Source of the DNA: an uncultured virus (IMG/VR IMGVR_UViG_3300042867_001762)
Lineage: Duplodnaviria > Heunggongvirae > Uroviricota > Caudoviricetes
DNA: 64,000 nt
Direction: 5' to 3' (one strand)
Virus record (IMG/VR): IMGVR_UViG_3300042867_001762
The stretch's first letter is position 1, and each line of letters starts with the position of its first letter. Of the stretch, positions 18,377 to 27,949 are shown in pieces. The notes below the pieces were generated by a model. The model did no database searches and had not been told where the DNA came from. It saw only the letters and a program-made list of their open reading frames with translations. The position numbers were made by a program, and so were the translations under genes.

Positions 18377-18568
18377 TCAGCATTCCTTACGCTTTTTCTT
18401 TAGTGCGGTAATCTTGCGAACAAGCTCCTCGTAGTCGAGCTGCTCGTCACTATTAACCAGTGAGGCAACTTCTTCTATCTGGGCACGCTGCTGGTCGCAT
18501 GCATCCTTCACTAGAAAACCGAGGGTGCGCATGGCAGTGCGCCGAATTATATCGTCGATGCTCCTCAT
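18377..18568 (-). CDS. small hypothetical protein
   Basis: AAGGAGG RBS upstream. Confidence 0.6.
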   Translation of the reverse strand: MRSIDDIIRRTAMRTLGFLVKDACDQQRAQIEEVASLVNSDEQLDYEELVRKITALKKKRKEC

Positions 18569-18601
18569 CGGCCCTCCTTTTATATATAATTACATAATGC
18601 T

Positions 18602-18826
18602 TTATGTAGCTTTGTTATTAGCAGAATCGCGTTCAGCCTGTAGGATTGCTATGATATATGGCTGCAAAAGAGTATGCGGCACTACGTCCCCGCTCATCCA
18701 CTTTGCTATCGTACGCGCATCTACTCCTAGTAAGTCCGCAGTCTGCCCTATGTCTTTCTTGGTTTCGGCAAGAAAGCTCACTACTGATTTTTTAAAGGCT
18801 GTCTCTCGATTCAATATTGACCCCAT
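18602..18826 (-). CDS. small HTH (Cro/XRE-like) protein
   Basis: QTADLLGVDARTIAKWMSG. Confidence 0.7.
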   Translation of the reverse strand: MGSILNRETAFKKSVVSFLAETKKDIGQTADLLGVDARTIAKWMSGDVVPHTLLQPYIIAILQAERDSANNKAT

Positions 18827-19337
18827 TTAGTGATGCCGAATAAGATATGCTTGCGGCATAATGCTGGGCACTTTTTACAGCTGCGCGAACATCAGCCATA
18901 GCACGATGCACATTAGAGCGATTGCGGATAGATGATCCGCGGTCTTCAAGCATCATGTCTATTGTAGTTAGATCGAATACTCTGTGATTCAGCTTTTTTG
19001 CAAACTGCGGCAAATACCGCGCAATCCAGCTCCTATCCACATGAACAGACTGGCCGGCTAGCACTAAGTCGCCGCTCAGGCCTGAGCAAAATCGTAGCAA
19101 ATCTGCATCGATGTCACCGGCATCCCGCCCGTCACATATATCGTCTAGTAGACCTGATACTGCATGCCGCTCTTCGCTCCACTCGTTAAACTGAATCTCT
19201 TCCCAGTAAAACGTTGATGAGTAAGTCTTGATAGACTTAAAAGCCTTATCAGTTGCAATTATAGCTATCTCTAGCGGTCGGTGCAGCTCTATGTCTAGGC
19301 CGCTGAATTCCATATCAGCAAATAGGTAAGTCTTCAT
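18792..19337 (-). CDS. orn: oligoribonuclease (DEDDh)
   Basis: ADMEFSGLD, LEIA, LAGQSVHVDR, HRAMADV; start moved to ATG 19337. Confidence 0.85.
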   Translation of the reverse strand: MKTYLFADMEFSGLDIELHRPLEIAIIATDKAFKSIKTYSSTFYWEEIQFNEWSEERHAVSGLLDDICDGRDAGDIDADLLRFCSGLSGDLVLAGQSVHVDRSWIARYLPQFAKKLNHRVFDLTTIDMMLEDRGSSIRNRSNVHRAMADVRAAVKSAQHYAASISYSASLNGVNIESRDSL

Positions 19338-20085
19338 TGTTCTCTTTCTGGCGCCGGGCAGACACATAATCAGCCCCTGGCACCGAGGCATAATGAACCT
19401 TACCTCCTTCTATAACAGCAGCTGCTAGGCGGCCGCCCATTACGCATCCTAGGTCTAGGCCAGATGTATTTGACGTTAACCTGGGAACTGGCTGCATCCA
19501 TGGCTGATGGCCATAGAATACGTGTCCAAACCTGCCATCATACTGGTCGGCCCAAAAGGAGCAAGAGTCGTCTTCATCGCCCAGCCTAACCATTTTGCCA
19601 GCACGGACATAGCGACAGTATATCATCTGGCTAAAATGACCCAGTTCGCTGTCTTTTACTTTGCCGGTGGTAGGCAAGCTCCTAAGCCCAGGCTCTACAC
19701 CGGCATGCATCACAATTCCCGGATATCCTGATACAGGATGCCATAGTTTGGCTTCAGAAAGCCAATCTAGGTCGGCATCTCCTAGTGAGCTTAGTGTTCG
19801 CAGCATTTCCCTGCTGCTTTTGTGCTCCATTGCACTCTCGGGATCTTTACGATAGCGCGCAACGAATTTAAGGAACTTTACTTCGTGGTTGCCTTTTATA
19901 TGCACTAGTTGTCCGGCATCAGCTAGCTGTCGCAGATACTTAACTACTTGTGCAGATGCTGGTCCTTTGTCTACGCAATCAGATGCGCCTATGATTAGGT
20001 CGCCTGGGCCAAAGTCAACTTCGCTGAGAAGCGCCCTCAGCTCATCGTAGCACCCGTGTATGTCTGTGATTACTATTTCTCTCAT
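19315..20085 (-). CDS. calcineurin-like metallophosphoesterase (PrpE/ApaH-like)
   Basis: DIHGC, D.VDKGP, GNHE, HAG, YGH, LDLGCV.GG.L. Confidence 0.88.
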   Translation of the reverse strand: MREIVITDIHGCYDELRALLSEVDFGPGDLIIGASDCVDKGPASAQVVKYLRQLADAGQLVHIKGNHEVKFLKFVARYRKDPESAMEHKSSREMLRTLSSLGDADLDWLSEAKLWHPVSGYPGIVMHAGVEPGLRSLPTTGKVKDSELGHFSQMIYCRYVRAGKMVRLGDEDDSCSFWADQYDGRFGHVFYGHQPWMQPVPRLTSNTSGLDLGCVMGGRLAAAVIEGGKVHYASVPGADYVSARRQKENNEDLPIC

Positions 20086-20515
20086 ATGGCTCGACTGACG
20101 TTAGTGGTGGCATATTCACATACGCCTTCACACCTATACTCCGCAGTATGCGTGCAAATTTGGCAGATTCTGCTACCTTGCCCACACTAAAAACAGGCGT
20201 AGCCTTTATTTTTCCACTGCGGACTGCTTCGATTGCGCTATCATAGTGGAATCCAAAAAAACGATCCAGGCCGGCATCACGGAAGGCAGAGGTTATAGTA
20301 TGATGATAAAGCCACCGGTCTACGTCACCTTCATGTGGATAAGCCCATCCCCAACCAATGAAAATACCTTCTTTATTTTCATGCTCCGAAAACATTGGCA
20401 TTTGTTGATCGCAAGCGTTTAGTACGGCATGAAGACTTGGCCAGCGGGCGCCCGCTGGCAGCGCAGCATTTATCTGCACTATGCGCTGTTTCTCGATAAA
20501 GTACTCAAGCTTCAT
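20042..20515 (-). CDS. hypothetical protein (MKL N-terminus)
   Basis: ORF track. Confidence 0.55.
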   Translation of the reverse strand: MKLEYFIEKQRIVQINAALPAGARWPSLHAVLNACDQQMPMFSEHENKEGIFIGWGWAYPHEGDVDRWLYHHTITSAFRDAGLDRFFGFHYDSAIEAVRSGKIKATPVFSVGKVAESAKFARILRSIGVKAYVNMPPLTSVEPYERNSNHRHTRVLR

Positions 20516-20744
20516 CTCGGCAGATGCTTTCTTCTTGTACTACGGCAACGAGTCTGGTGCGATGGAATGCAACAAGCAGCCCACTCCCTTCAGGTCCAAT
20601 TATGCTGCCGCTATCCCCGGGTTCTGCCGCCACGAAAACATATTCAGTCTTAAACAGAGGACCTGGCCCGCTATCATCAGAGATAAAGATTCTGTGCTTG
20701 GCAGTTACATTGTTCACTCTAAGTACTCCTCTTGGCCAGGCCAA
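20505..20744 (-). CDS. small protein with trypsin-like GDSGS motif
   Basis: AAEPGDSGSII; too short for a complete protease. Confidence 0.4.
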   Translation of the reverse strand: MAWPRGVLRVNNVTAKHRIFISDDSGPGPLFKTEYVFVAAEPGDSGSIIGPEGSGLLVAFHRTRLVAVVQEESICRDEA

Positions 20745-21360
20745 GATATGCGACAGCTGTCACTACAAGGAAAATGGCCTCCAGCAAGAGGCTCATTGCT
20801 CGTGGATGCCCGGTGGCAGCAAGTGCCACCAGGAATAGGGACGAGTTAAATAGCGCTGAAACCAATGCCGAATGAGGGTCCATGCTAAGGAGATTATCTA
20901 GTGCCCTCATGTAAAATGAAGGCTTTGACACGAACAGGCACCGCGGATCGTCGGTGGGATTAAGGCACATGTTCGCTTTTGCTGCGCGCCTCCACTCTCG
21001 GGGAGGCAGAGAAAATAGCCAGCCTTCAGGCGGAGTGCCACCTGTAGCAGCCTCGAATGATTCCATGAATTGCGGCAGGTATACGCCGTTATAAGCCTCA
21101 ATTCTGGTTGCAAGAGCTGCACGCAGTAAAGCAATTGGCTTGCCAGCGGCAGAGGCAGCAGCAATATCTTTGAAGTCTGCTTTTATGTTGTTTAGCAGAT
21201 GGTTTCTGCTATCAACCCAAACCTTCATTGCAGCAGTCATGCATTCCTGAGAAATACCTGGTGGCGCCGGGAACAACCCATCGTGCAGGCCCTGTAGATA
21301 TGCCGTGCCAGCATTAATGTCAGCGAGCATCTCTGGGCTAGAGAAAAGCGATGGATTCAT
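20719..21360 (-). CDS. hypothetical membrane-anchored protein
   Basis: Two C-terminal hydrophobic segments. Confidence 0.55.
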   Translation of the reverse strand: MNPSLFSSPEMLADINAGTAYLQGLHDGLFPAPPGISQECMTAAMKVWVDSRNHLLNNIKADFKDIAAASAAGKPIALLRAALATRIEAYNGVYLPQFMESFEAATGGTPPEGWLFSLPPREWRRAAKANMCLNPTDDPRCLFVSKPSFYMRALDNLLSMDPHSALVSALFNSSLFLVALAATGHPRAMSLLLEAIFLVVTAVAYLGLAKRST

Positions 21361-21649
21361 CCTTGGTTTCCTTTTCCAAGTAAACGTTGACAGTGCTCTT
21401 GTTATATGCGATCACAAAAGCGTTGCCAGGGATATGGCGCGGCCACATTATATTTTTTTTGACTTCGCCTGCCCGGTTAATACTGGCGCAGGATTCTTCA
21501 GAAGTTCTATAGAATAAAGTGGCTTCGCAGGCCTCATAGAAGCGACCAATGATGGCCCGTGGCACACGCACATTGGCAGTATTTTCTATAGTAGCGCTTA
21601 ACAGGTCTGGATCACCGAATAGAACGATTTGCTTAAATCCTAGCTTCAT
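21338..21649 (-). CDS. hypothetical protein (MKL N-terminus)
   Basis: Start moved to ATG 21649 after GAGGA RBS. Confidence 0.5.
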   Translation of the reverse strand: MKLGFKQIVLFGDPDLLSATIENTANVRVPRAIIGRFYEACEATLFYRTSEESCASINRAGEVKKNIMWPRHIPGNAFVIAYNKSTVNVYLEKETKDESIAFL

Positions 21650-21800
21650 TGTTCTTTCCTCACCGCTTCCGTTAGCCAGATGGCCACAAAAAGACCCGCA
21701 GCAATTTTTATTAGTTCGGCACCTATGCTTGGCAGTAATCCGGTGCAGCAGCAAAGACAAAGCACCGTGAACTTCGCCAGCAACAGCAACCGGTCTGCCA

Positions 21801-22142
21801 CTAGCCTATCTCCATAGAAACATAAAGGAAATCAAACACCACTCGCTCGGGATATAGCTTTTTCAGTTCCTGTAGTCTGTCATCTCCCAAGCCAGAAAAG
21901 TGAAACGATATAAAATTGGGACTAATATTGCGATCAGAATAAACAAGTCCGCTGGCCAGATCTATGTACGCGTAATAAAATATACTTATATCTGGCGGGC
22001 TCGTCTCCCAGAAAATGGAGTTTCCGGTTGACAGTATCTGAATGGCATCTTCTTCTGTTAGAAAATCCGGGAAACGAAGAATTGGATCAAGCGCTATTAG
22101 CTGCTTAGGCGCAAATCTTGCTGTCCAGTTCGCCAGCTTCAC
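21801..22142 (-). CDS. hypothetical protein (M/VKL N-terminus)
   Basis: ORF track; start ATG 22145 or GTG 22142. Confidence 0.5.
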   Translation of the reverse strand: MKLANWTARFAPKQLIALDPILRFPDFLTEEDAIQILSTGNSIFWETSPPDISIFYYAYIDLASGLVYSDRNISPNFISFHFSGLGDDRLQELKKLYPERVVFDFLYVSMEIG

Positions 22143-22279
22143 CATTTACTGGTGAATTATTACATATGCGGTAAACGGCTTCGTTAGGACGATTAAACAA
22201 ATGACGGCATTCGCTCCATGCTCCTAACTCTGCCAGCTCTGTGCCAAGAGGGATGTCGTCAAAGCTAACCTGAATTTCA

Positions 22280-22681
22280 TCAAGGCAGATCAACATAAGC
22301 TTTTCTCCAAAAGAAAAATCTGCTGTTATTGGATAGTAGCGCGCGCGGATCTGCGTCAAAGGCAGCCCGCAGACGCCGATCTTCGTAGTAGTAAAACCAA
22401 AATGCCGGGTCAGATGAATGGGTTTTCTCGCAACCATCAGCATAATCTGTTTGTAGATATACTGACGGCTTATCTCCGGCAAGCTCAATATTGCATATAG
22501 CATAGGGCCGTTTGTACTCCATGCCGTCAAAGTAGCCCCATCCACAATTTATCGGTTGATACATTATATTGCGGACCATGTATGACCAAGCATCAACAAC
22601 TGTACGGGGCACGAACAGATTTTCATCTATTGTGCGCAGCATTTCTGGGAAATACAGAGCTGCGGCATCTACTAGCTTCAT
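22280..22681 (-). CDS. hypothetical protein (MKL N-terminus)
   Basis: ATG 22681 with GGAG RBS, 34 nt from element copy 6. Confidence 0.55.
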   Translation of the reverse strand: MKLVDAAALYFPEMLRTIDENLFVPRTVVDAWSYMVRNIMYQPINCGWGYFDGMEYKRPYAICNIELAGDKPSVYLQTDYADGCEKTHSSDPAFWFYYYEDRRLRAAFDADPRALLSNNSRFFFWRKAYVDLP

Positions 22682-22714
22682 TCTCTGTCTCCCTATGCGG
22701 GTTCCGGCGAGCAC

Positions 22715-22754
22715 CAGGATCGCCCGACACCGGCTTTAGGCCCGCCGCGACCTG
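22715..22754 (-). promoter_or_regulatory. CCTAAA-N13-GATCC element, copy 6
   Basis: CAGGATC-gcccgacaccggc-TTTAGG. Confidence 0.7.
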
Positions 22755-22845
22755 CTATTGCATGTCTTATGGTGGGAGCCGAACCTGTCGCCGACTGCCC
22801 GCTAAAATATCTAGGAAAGCTATCTGTGACTTATCAGCGGATGTT

Positions 22846-23244
22846 TTACTCATCAAGCGACGTAGAATACGCAAGCATCATTGTCTCATCCGGATAAAGA
22901 TATACTACATCGCCACAAACAACAGAAAGTATACTTGGAGAAGTAGGAGATCCTCCTATAGAGAACACAGATGAGTAATCGCTACAGAAAAAATCTGAAT
23001 GATCCCTTATATGTGGTAGGCGACCAATCCTAAGCGTCCTAAATGAACGTACTCCTAGGCAGAAATCTAGCTTTCCTCTAGTTAGGAACTTATCATGCAG
23101 AATGCTTTCTATCATGCCAACATATGCTGGCAGCACTTCTCCTCGCGCGCATCCATGTCTTTCGGCCGCAGTCATTTCCAGAGCAAGCATTAAACGCCGC
23201 TTTAAATCAGGCTCAAGTATTAGGGCCGCCGTGATTAGCTTCAT
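22846..23244 (-). CDS. hypothetical protein (MKL N-terminus)
   Basis: ORF track. Confidence 0.5.
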   Translation of the reverse strand: MKLITAALILEPDLKRRLMLALEMTAAERHGCARGEVLPAYVGMIESILHDKFLTRGKLDFCLGVRSFRTLRIGRLPHIRDHSDFFCSDYSSVFSIGGSPTSPSILSVVCGDVVYLYPDETMMLAYSTSLDE

Positions 23245-24055
23245 CTACAAAGTGGATTTTTAATCTGCTTATCTTTCTAGAAGATCCACTTTGAGCCATA
23301 TGCAACAACGAATCAAATTTATTCAAAGTCTGGTTTTTCTCGGCAGACGCTAAAAATACATGAGCCAAGCCAGGCTCGCACTTCCAGGCATTGCCTTCAA
23401 AAACACTTGAAATTAAATCTGCATCTGCTCGGCGGAACACCTTGCGTACCGCAAACTCTGGTCCACCACGCAAGCATCTGGCAACAAACCGCTGGCGGCG
23501 GGATGGAGATAGGTGCCGCATAAAGGTTGCTGACTTTCCAATGAAATCCAATTTGCGGATGAAATCCGCCCTGTCTGCCGCCATTGCACGCAGCGCATCT
23601 GGCATAGAGAAAGCCAGCGCCCAGCGCAAGCCCACTTTGGCCTGCCAGCTAGAGAAGGCAATAGAACTATCAACTAAAGCGAGCAGTTCCGAAATAGGTC
23701 GCAAACGGCTTGCATTGAATGCGGCCCACTTTGTAACCGCCCAGGCTAGTTGCGACCTATTTGCAGCATGAATTTTTCCTGGATGTCCGCCGCCCATCCA
23801 ACTATAAATTGTATCCGGCAGAGGGAAAGTCTTAGACTTTCCACTGGGGCCATATGCCTTCGCCTTGCTATCTGCCAATTCGGCTGGGAATGTGAATGCC
23901 CAGCGACAAGTTCTGGTAGACTTTGCATATGTCCACGCACCGGCATACTTGCCATATGGCACAAGAACCTGCGTAGCCTTTTTTGTGTTAAGCAAAAAGG
24001 CATCGCCGCGCTTAGCCATATCCCATAGTATTTTGCCTAAGCTATTCTTTGCCAA
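23213..24055 (-). CDS. basic hypothetical protein
   Basis: 280-aa ORF. Confidence 0.6.
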   Translation of the reverse strand: MAKNSLGKILWDMAKRGDAFLLNTKKATQVLVPYGKYAGAWTYAKSTRTCRWAFTFPAELADSKAKAYGPSGKSKTFPLPDTIYSWMGGGHPGKIHAANRSQLAWAVTKWAAFNASRLRPISELLALVDSSIAFSSWQAKVGLRWALAFSMPDALRAMAADRADFIRKLDFIGKSATFMRHLSPSRRQRFVARCLRGGPEFAVRKVFRRADADLISSVFEGNAWKCEPGLAHVFLASAEKNQTLNKFDSLLHMAQSGSSRKISRLKIHFVDEANHGGPNT

Positions 24056-24189
24056 GGAAGGTCTCCGCCATCAAAGAGCAGAATACAAATGCAGATGGCA
24101 GCAACATGACTGCAAGGAAGACATTGCTACCAGGATCGCTCGTGTTCATAAGCAGCACTATAACTGCTAAACATCCCAGAAGAAATGCA

Positions 24190-24696
24190 TCACTCAATCT
24201 TGAAGAATGCTTCATATATCTGCTCTATTGTACTATCTACCGTAATTGCCAGCTGCGGCTTTTTTAGATTACATGCGATACGGACGCCATGGCCAGTACC
24301 ACCGCCACCCAGCTTAGATTCGTCAACATGGTATACGACGATGTCAGCTACCGAAACAATGCTAGCATTTCGCGTAAGCATCTTTTTTGTACCCTGTGAA
24401 CAAGCGTTCCATGCAGGATGACAGCCAGCCGCAAGTTCAGCAAGAGCTGATGAATAAGAGGTGTGCACAACATTACTGGGATTGATTAATCCCGCATTAT
24501 AGCTACTCCAAGGCAAATGCAAATGGACTTGACCTGGTAGCTTGTTGCCGCCCTCAGCAAATGCAGCATCGGAACCAAGAGCGTTGCCGGTATGCAACTC
24601 GTAGCCGCGCATGACAATCATCTTGCCAAACAGACTAAGTTTGCGGCGCATTTCCTCGCTGATCTCTCGGGTACCGATACATGCAATCTTTTTCAT
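24190..24696 (-). CDS. DprA/SLOG-like Rossmann-fold protein
   Basis: IACIGTRE, LHTGNALGSDAAF, LPW..YN, RN, GGGTG. Confidence 0.75.
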   Translation of the reverse strand: MKKIACIGTREISEEMRRKLSLFGKMIVMRGYELHTGNALGSDAAFAEGGNKLPGQVHLHLPWSSYNAGLINPSNVVHTSYSSALAELAAGCHPAWNACSQGTKKMLTRNASIVSVADIVVYHVDESKLGGGGTGHGVRIACNLKKPQLAITVDSTIEQIYEAFFKIE

Positions 24697-25359
24697 CTAG
24701 CTCTCCAGAGTAAAACTCCAATAGCGGGAATCGTCTTTGCCTTGCAGCTTGTCCCAAAATATACAGCGTGCGACATATGACGACACTCCTGCTTTTGCGG
24801 CACCAGTTACCCAGTGATTCTCCATAAGACGATACTGCTTTACTTCTGCCGCATTTTTATAACGGCACTCTTCCATGCCATAGAAACGCAACTGATGAAT
24901 GTCGCCACAGACAACACGCGCAGAATTAGGATGAATCATTTCAAGGGCAAATGACACCTTAGCGAGGCCCAGGCCAGAAATGCGCTCAGCAATCTCGTTG
25001 CGCTTTGAAACATGATTCTTTTTAGAAGTGAAGCGGAAGCGCTGCGGGTCTGCCCAGTACTGTCTGCTAAACTGCATGATATACTTGGCTCGGTTATTGT
25101 GTAGCCCAGCCTTGCTGTCCTTTAGCAGCTCAAGAAGACGGTCGTGATTGTCGGCCCAAGTATTATAATCCTTGATGGCAAGGTAGCCATTCACATTACC
25201 TTTGAAGGTAGTGTGTACGCTGCAAAATGCAAACAGGTATCGCTGGAAAGACTCGTAGTCGTTTTTGGGTGCTACCGACTCCCAGTAATCCCGGTATCGG
25301 TTTGCCGTGTCTGCATCAATTGTCTTAAAGAAGTTACGAGCTGGTCCGTAATCTGGCAC
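24697..25359 (-). CDS. HhH-fold DNA glycosylase/AP lyase-like protein (Ogg2-like)
   Basis: HNNRAKYI, HhH ISGLGLAKVSFAL, CGDIH. Confidence 0.65.
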   Translation of the reverse strand: MPDYGPARNFFKTIDADTANRYRDYWESVAPKNDYESFQRYLFAFCSVHTTFKGNVNGYLAIKDYNTWADNHDRLLELLKDSKAGLHNNRAKYIMQFSRQYWADPQRFRFTSKKNHVSKRNEIAERISGLGLAKVSFALEMIHPNSARVVCGDIHQLRFYGMEECRYKNAAEVKQYRLMENHWVTGAAKAGVSSYVARCIFWDKLQGKDDSRYWSFTLES

Positions 25360-25434
25360 TGCTGCTCCAGGTTAATTGTCTGGGAAAAAAGGTCTCGGGG
25401 ATATTAAAATTGCCGCCGCAACCGGAAGGAAAGT

Positions 25435-25770
25435 TTAAATACCGGTATATACCGGTACTAAGTAGTAAGGGTACCGCTTAATACGGGTGAGTTTACCGTT
25501 TATAATTGATGTGACAGGGCACTGCAATCCAGACAGCTTTTTAGCTGACATTCCACTTAAGGCAACTACCTCTGATTCCGAGGCAGCTCGGGCTTTGCCG
25601 TCTACGCTTAAAGAATACCAGTATCGTTGTACATGTAATCTAGAGTCTAGCATAGACGGCAAGTCAGGAGTCATCCACATCAAAAATCTTTTTAAAAATA
25701 GCATCTTGCTTTGCCTTAAGAGATTGTTCTTCTCTGCGGAGTTCGTCCAATCCTCGACGTTGGTACTCAT
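25435..25770 (-). CDS. hypothetical protein
   Basis: ORF track; overlaps upstream ORF, start uncertain. Confidence 0.4.
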   Translation of the reverse strand: MSTNVEDWTNSAEKNNLLRQSKMLFLKRFLMWMTPDLPSMLDSRLHVQRYWYSLSVDGKARAASESEVVALSGMSAKKLSGLQCPVTSIINGKLTRIKRYPYYLVPVYTGI

Positions 25771-26023
25771 CTCGAGTTAGCGGAGAACCCCAATAATAGC
25801 CTTGATCAGCGCTTAGCCATGACTCTTGATACCACCAGCTTTTCTCTTGGCCAGACCTTGAACACGAGCGCACAGCATAAATAGGATAATCATCCATCCA
25901 ATCTAGGCTTATAACTTCGCCGCTACATCCGCAGTGGTCATCCATGTCTGATTCCCACGTCAAATAATAACCCATAGCTGGAGAGCTAATGATCACGACT
26001 GTGTCGCCAACTTTGAACTTCAT
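25664..26023 (-). CDS. hypothetical protein with SH3-like N-terminus
   Basis: MKFKVGDTV...WW..ESWL. Confidence 0.55.
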   Translation of the reverse strand: MKFKVGDTVVIISSPAMGYYLTWESDMDDHCGCSGEVISLDWMDDYPIYAVRSCSRSGQEKSWWYQESWLSADQGYYWGSPLTRDEYQRRGLDELRREEQSLKAKQDAIFKKIFDVDDS

Positions 26024-26025
26024 GG

Positions 26026-26337
26026 TTAATTCTTAATTATGATAAACTGTCGATATGGTAAAACCGATGGTACTACGCCAGGCGGACCTGCGTTTCTGTC
26101 AAATTCCCAGGCTATGCTACGTATTAGCGTTTCGCCACGAAACACAGACCAAGCATTTGATAGCATTATCATTGTAAAGATATGGTCAAGATTTGCGCTT
26201 GACTCGTAACCCCATTTTACTGAAGGGATTCTAGCAGAAAGCGGCTTGCCAATATTTTGCAAAACTAAAGAAGACAGCAGCGCTTTATTGCCATCTTGCC
26301 ATGCGTACCAGGCATCTGTAGCCCAAGTTAACTTCAT
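26026..26337 (-). CDS. hypothetical protein (MKL N-terminus)
   Basis: ATGA overlap with upstream stop at 26334-26337. Confidence 0.5.
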   Translation of the reverse strand: MKLTWATDAWYAWQDGNKALLSSLVLQNIGKPLSARIPSVKWGYESSANLDHIFTMIMLSNAWSVFRGETLIRSIAWEFDRNAGPPGVVPSVLPYRQFIIIKN

Positions 26338-26750
26338 GGCTGCCTTGGCGAGGCGCATTTACGCACCCAGTCAGCAGCACGCTGTTGTCTCAGGAGCTGC
26401 AAATCTTGCACAGGTAAGCAAGAATTTGTTGCTGCGTCATAAGGATAGTGCAGCGAAACCAAGTGTACTTTTTTCTTTTTTGTCATCAGTACTATCTGAA
26501 TAGACCAGATATATTCTCTATCTGGCATATACTTGGTTGGATCAGGCCATATGCGATTACAGTAGAAGGACTCGTGGAATTGTACTCGCTCTATTTTGAC
26601 ATTATGATGGTTGCAACCTACTATGTACTTCGCTACTCGCTGCCTGTCTACGGGCAGTAGTTTGCCATAAAGCTCTCGAGAAGCTACAAGAATTCTGTCT
26701 ATTGCTTCTACTGAGTTTGCAAGCCTGAGCGATACGTCTTCCAGCTTCAT
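26334..26750 (-). CDS. hypothetical protein (MKL N-terminus)
   Basis: ORF track, translationally coupled. Confidence 0.55.
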   Translation of the reverse strand: MKLEDVSLRLANSVEAIDRILVASRELYGKLLPVDRQRVAKYIVGCNHHNVKIERVQFHESFYCNRIWPDPTKYMPDREYIWSIQIVLMTKKKKVHLVSLHYPYDAATNSCLPVQDLQLLRQQRAADWVRKCASPRQP

Positions 26751-27085
26751 TAGATGCCTGAGCGGTTCTTGTAATCAGTTGCATCTGCTGTAACTACGCA
26801 AGCGCCGCTTGTCTTGCTGCGGTACTTTGAACATTGAATGGCATTATCATTCATGTTTGAACCTTTGTTTTTTAGCTTGGTAGCAGCAATAAGATACTGT
26901 GTCAGCTTAGGGTCTGCGTTAATCTGAAGTGTAGCGCCGCACTTGTGACCATAGACGGTAAAGCCGGTGTAACGCTGCACATCGCTTTCTTCTTCTGCGC
27001 ACTCGTCACAGATGGTGGCTCGACCGGGCTTTTTGGCACGGGAGCGACGGTCATACTCGGCATCACAGTTCTCGCAGGTATTCAT
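26750..27085 (-). CDS. Zn-ribbon protein
   Basis: CENC...CDEC; first gene after element copy 7. Confidence 0.6.
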   Translation of the reverse strand: MNTCENCDAEYDRRSRAKKPGRATICDECAEEESDVQRYTGFTVYGHKCGATLQINADPKLTQYLIAATKLKNKGSNMNDNAIQCSKYRSKTSGACVVTADATDYKNRSGI

Positions 27086-27119
27086 CGGGTGTCCTTTCTG
27101 GTGCGGGTGGTGCCCGCCT

Positions 27120-27156
27120 CAGGATCGGCCCAGCCCGGCTTTAGGCCCGGCGGGGA
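27120..27156 (-). promoter_or_regulatory. CCTAAA-N13-GATCC element, copy 7
   Basis: CAGGATC-ggcccagcccggc-TTTAGG. Confidence 0.7.
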
Positions 27157-27579
27157 CTATGTATTGAGCAGGCCATCGTTCAGCCGCCGCATATTTTTGG
27201 CCAATTCTTTGCCTTGCTTAAGGCTAAGATGACCGCCTACAATAGATGCACAAATGACGCGCACATCGGAACAGTAAAACTTATAATGGCCACCATGTCC
27301 AATATCAACATGGCAGTCTCTAAGTAAGCATAGCGTTATTAAATTTGCCGGATCAAGTTCTAGCTCGGGCTGCTCTTTAAAAGGCTTAATATGATGGACT
27401 TGAAGCAGGCGTTTTGTGCCGCAAGCAGCGCAGCGCGGATTGGCCGCAAGGTGCGCTTTTCTTACTTTGCTCCAGCCAGCAGATCGCCGAACGCTCTTTG
27501 CCGTCTCTCTCGCAATGCCGGTTATCTTATTTGTTATGCCCATGACAGGCTTGAGCATGATTAATTGCCCTGCCGTCAT
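27157..27579 (-). CDS. HNH endonuclease
   Basis: CAACG..LQVHHI...NLITLC...CH...GH. Confidence 0.85.
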   Translation of the reverse strand: MTAGQLIMLKPVMGITNKITGIARETAKSVRRSAGWSKVRKAHLAANPRCAACGTKRLLQVHHIKPFKEQPELELDPANLITLCLLRDCHVDIGHGGHYKFYCSDVRVICASIVGGHLSLKQGKELAKNMRRLNDGLLNT

Positions 27580-27949
27580 AATCCCAGTTTGTGCGATCTA
27601 CTCTTGTAAAATCACGATCATCTAGATATGTAGTGTTTGCATCTTTACTAGACCACAAGGTAATGTGTGGTCGACCCTTGCGACAAAGGCCAGCAAACTT
27701 TGTATAAAATGACAGAGTTTTGTTAAGAGGCTCTGCTGAATGCTCATACTTGAAATAAAGGCAAAACGAGTCTCCTGGCAAGTCTATCCATATTCCTGCT
27801 TCTTGGATGTCTGGATTAGACATTATCCAGCTGATGCATTCTTTTGATGGCATCGGCATTCCAAAAAGATTTGCACATTTAACGCATAGGTCTAGGCCTG
27901 TTTGGCAATTCTTTAGCTCGATTGCCGCGCTTAGGTCATTTAGCTTCAT
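27527..27949 (-). CDS. hypothetical protein, tandem paralog A (MKL N-terminus)
   Basis: Shares IMSNPDI..GIW.D, P.ITLW, DR.F...NWDY with next ORF. Confidence 0.7.
   Translation of the reverse strand: MKLNDLSAAIELKNCQTGLDLCVKCANLFGMPMPSKECISWIMSNPDIQEAGIWIDLPGDSFCLYFKYEHSAEPLNKTLSFYTKFAGLCRKGRPHITLWSSKDANTTYLDDRDFTRVDRTNWDYDGRAINHAQACHGHNK

Noticed and set aside
22105..22545. 146-aa ORF overlapping 22280..22681 in another frame
   Set aside because: The large same-strand overlap is better explained by the RBS-supported MKL ORF; only its 3' part might be a small gene, which I cannot support.
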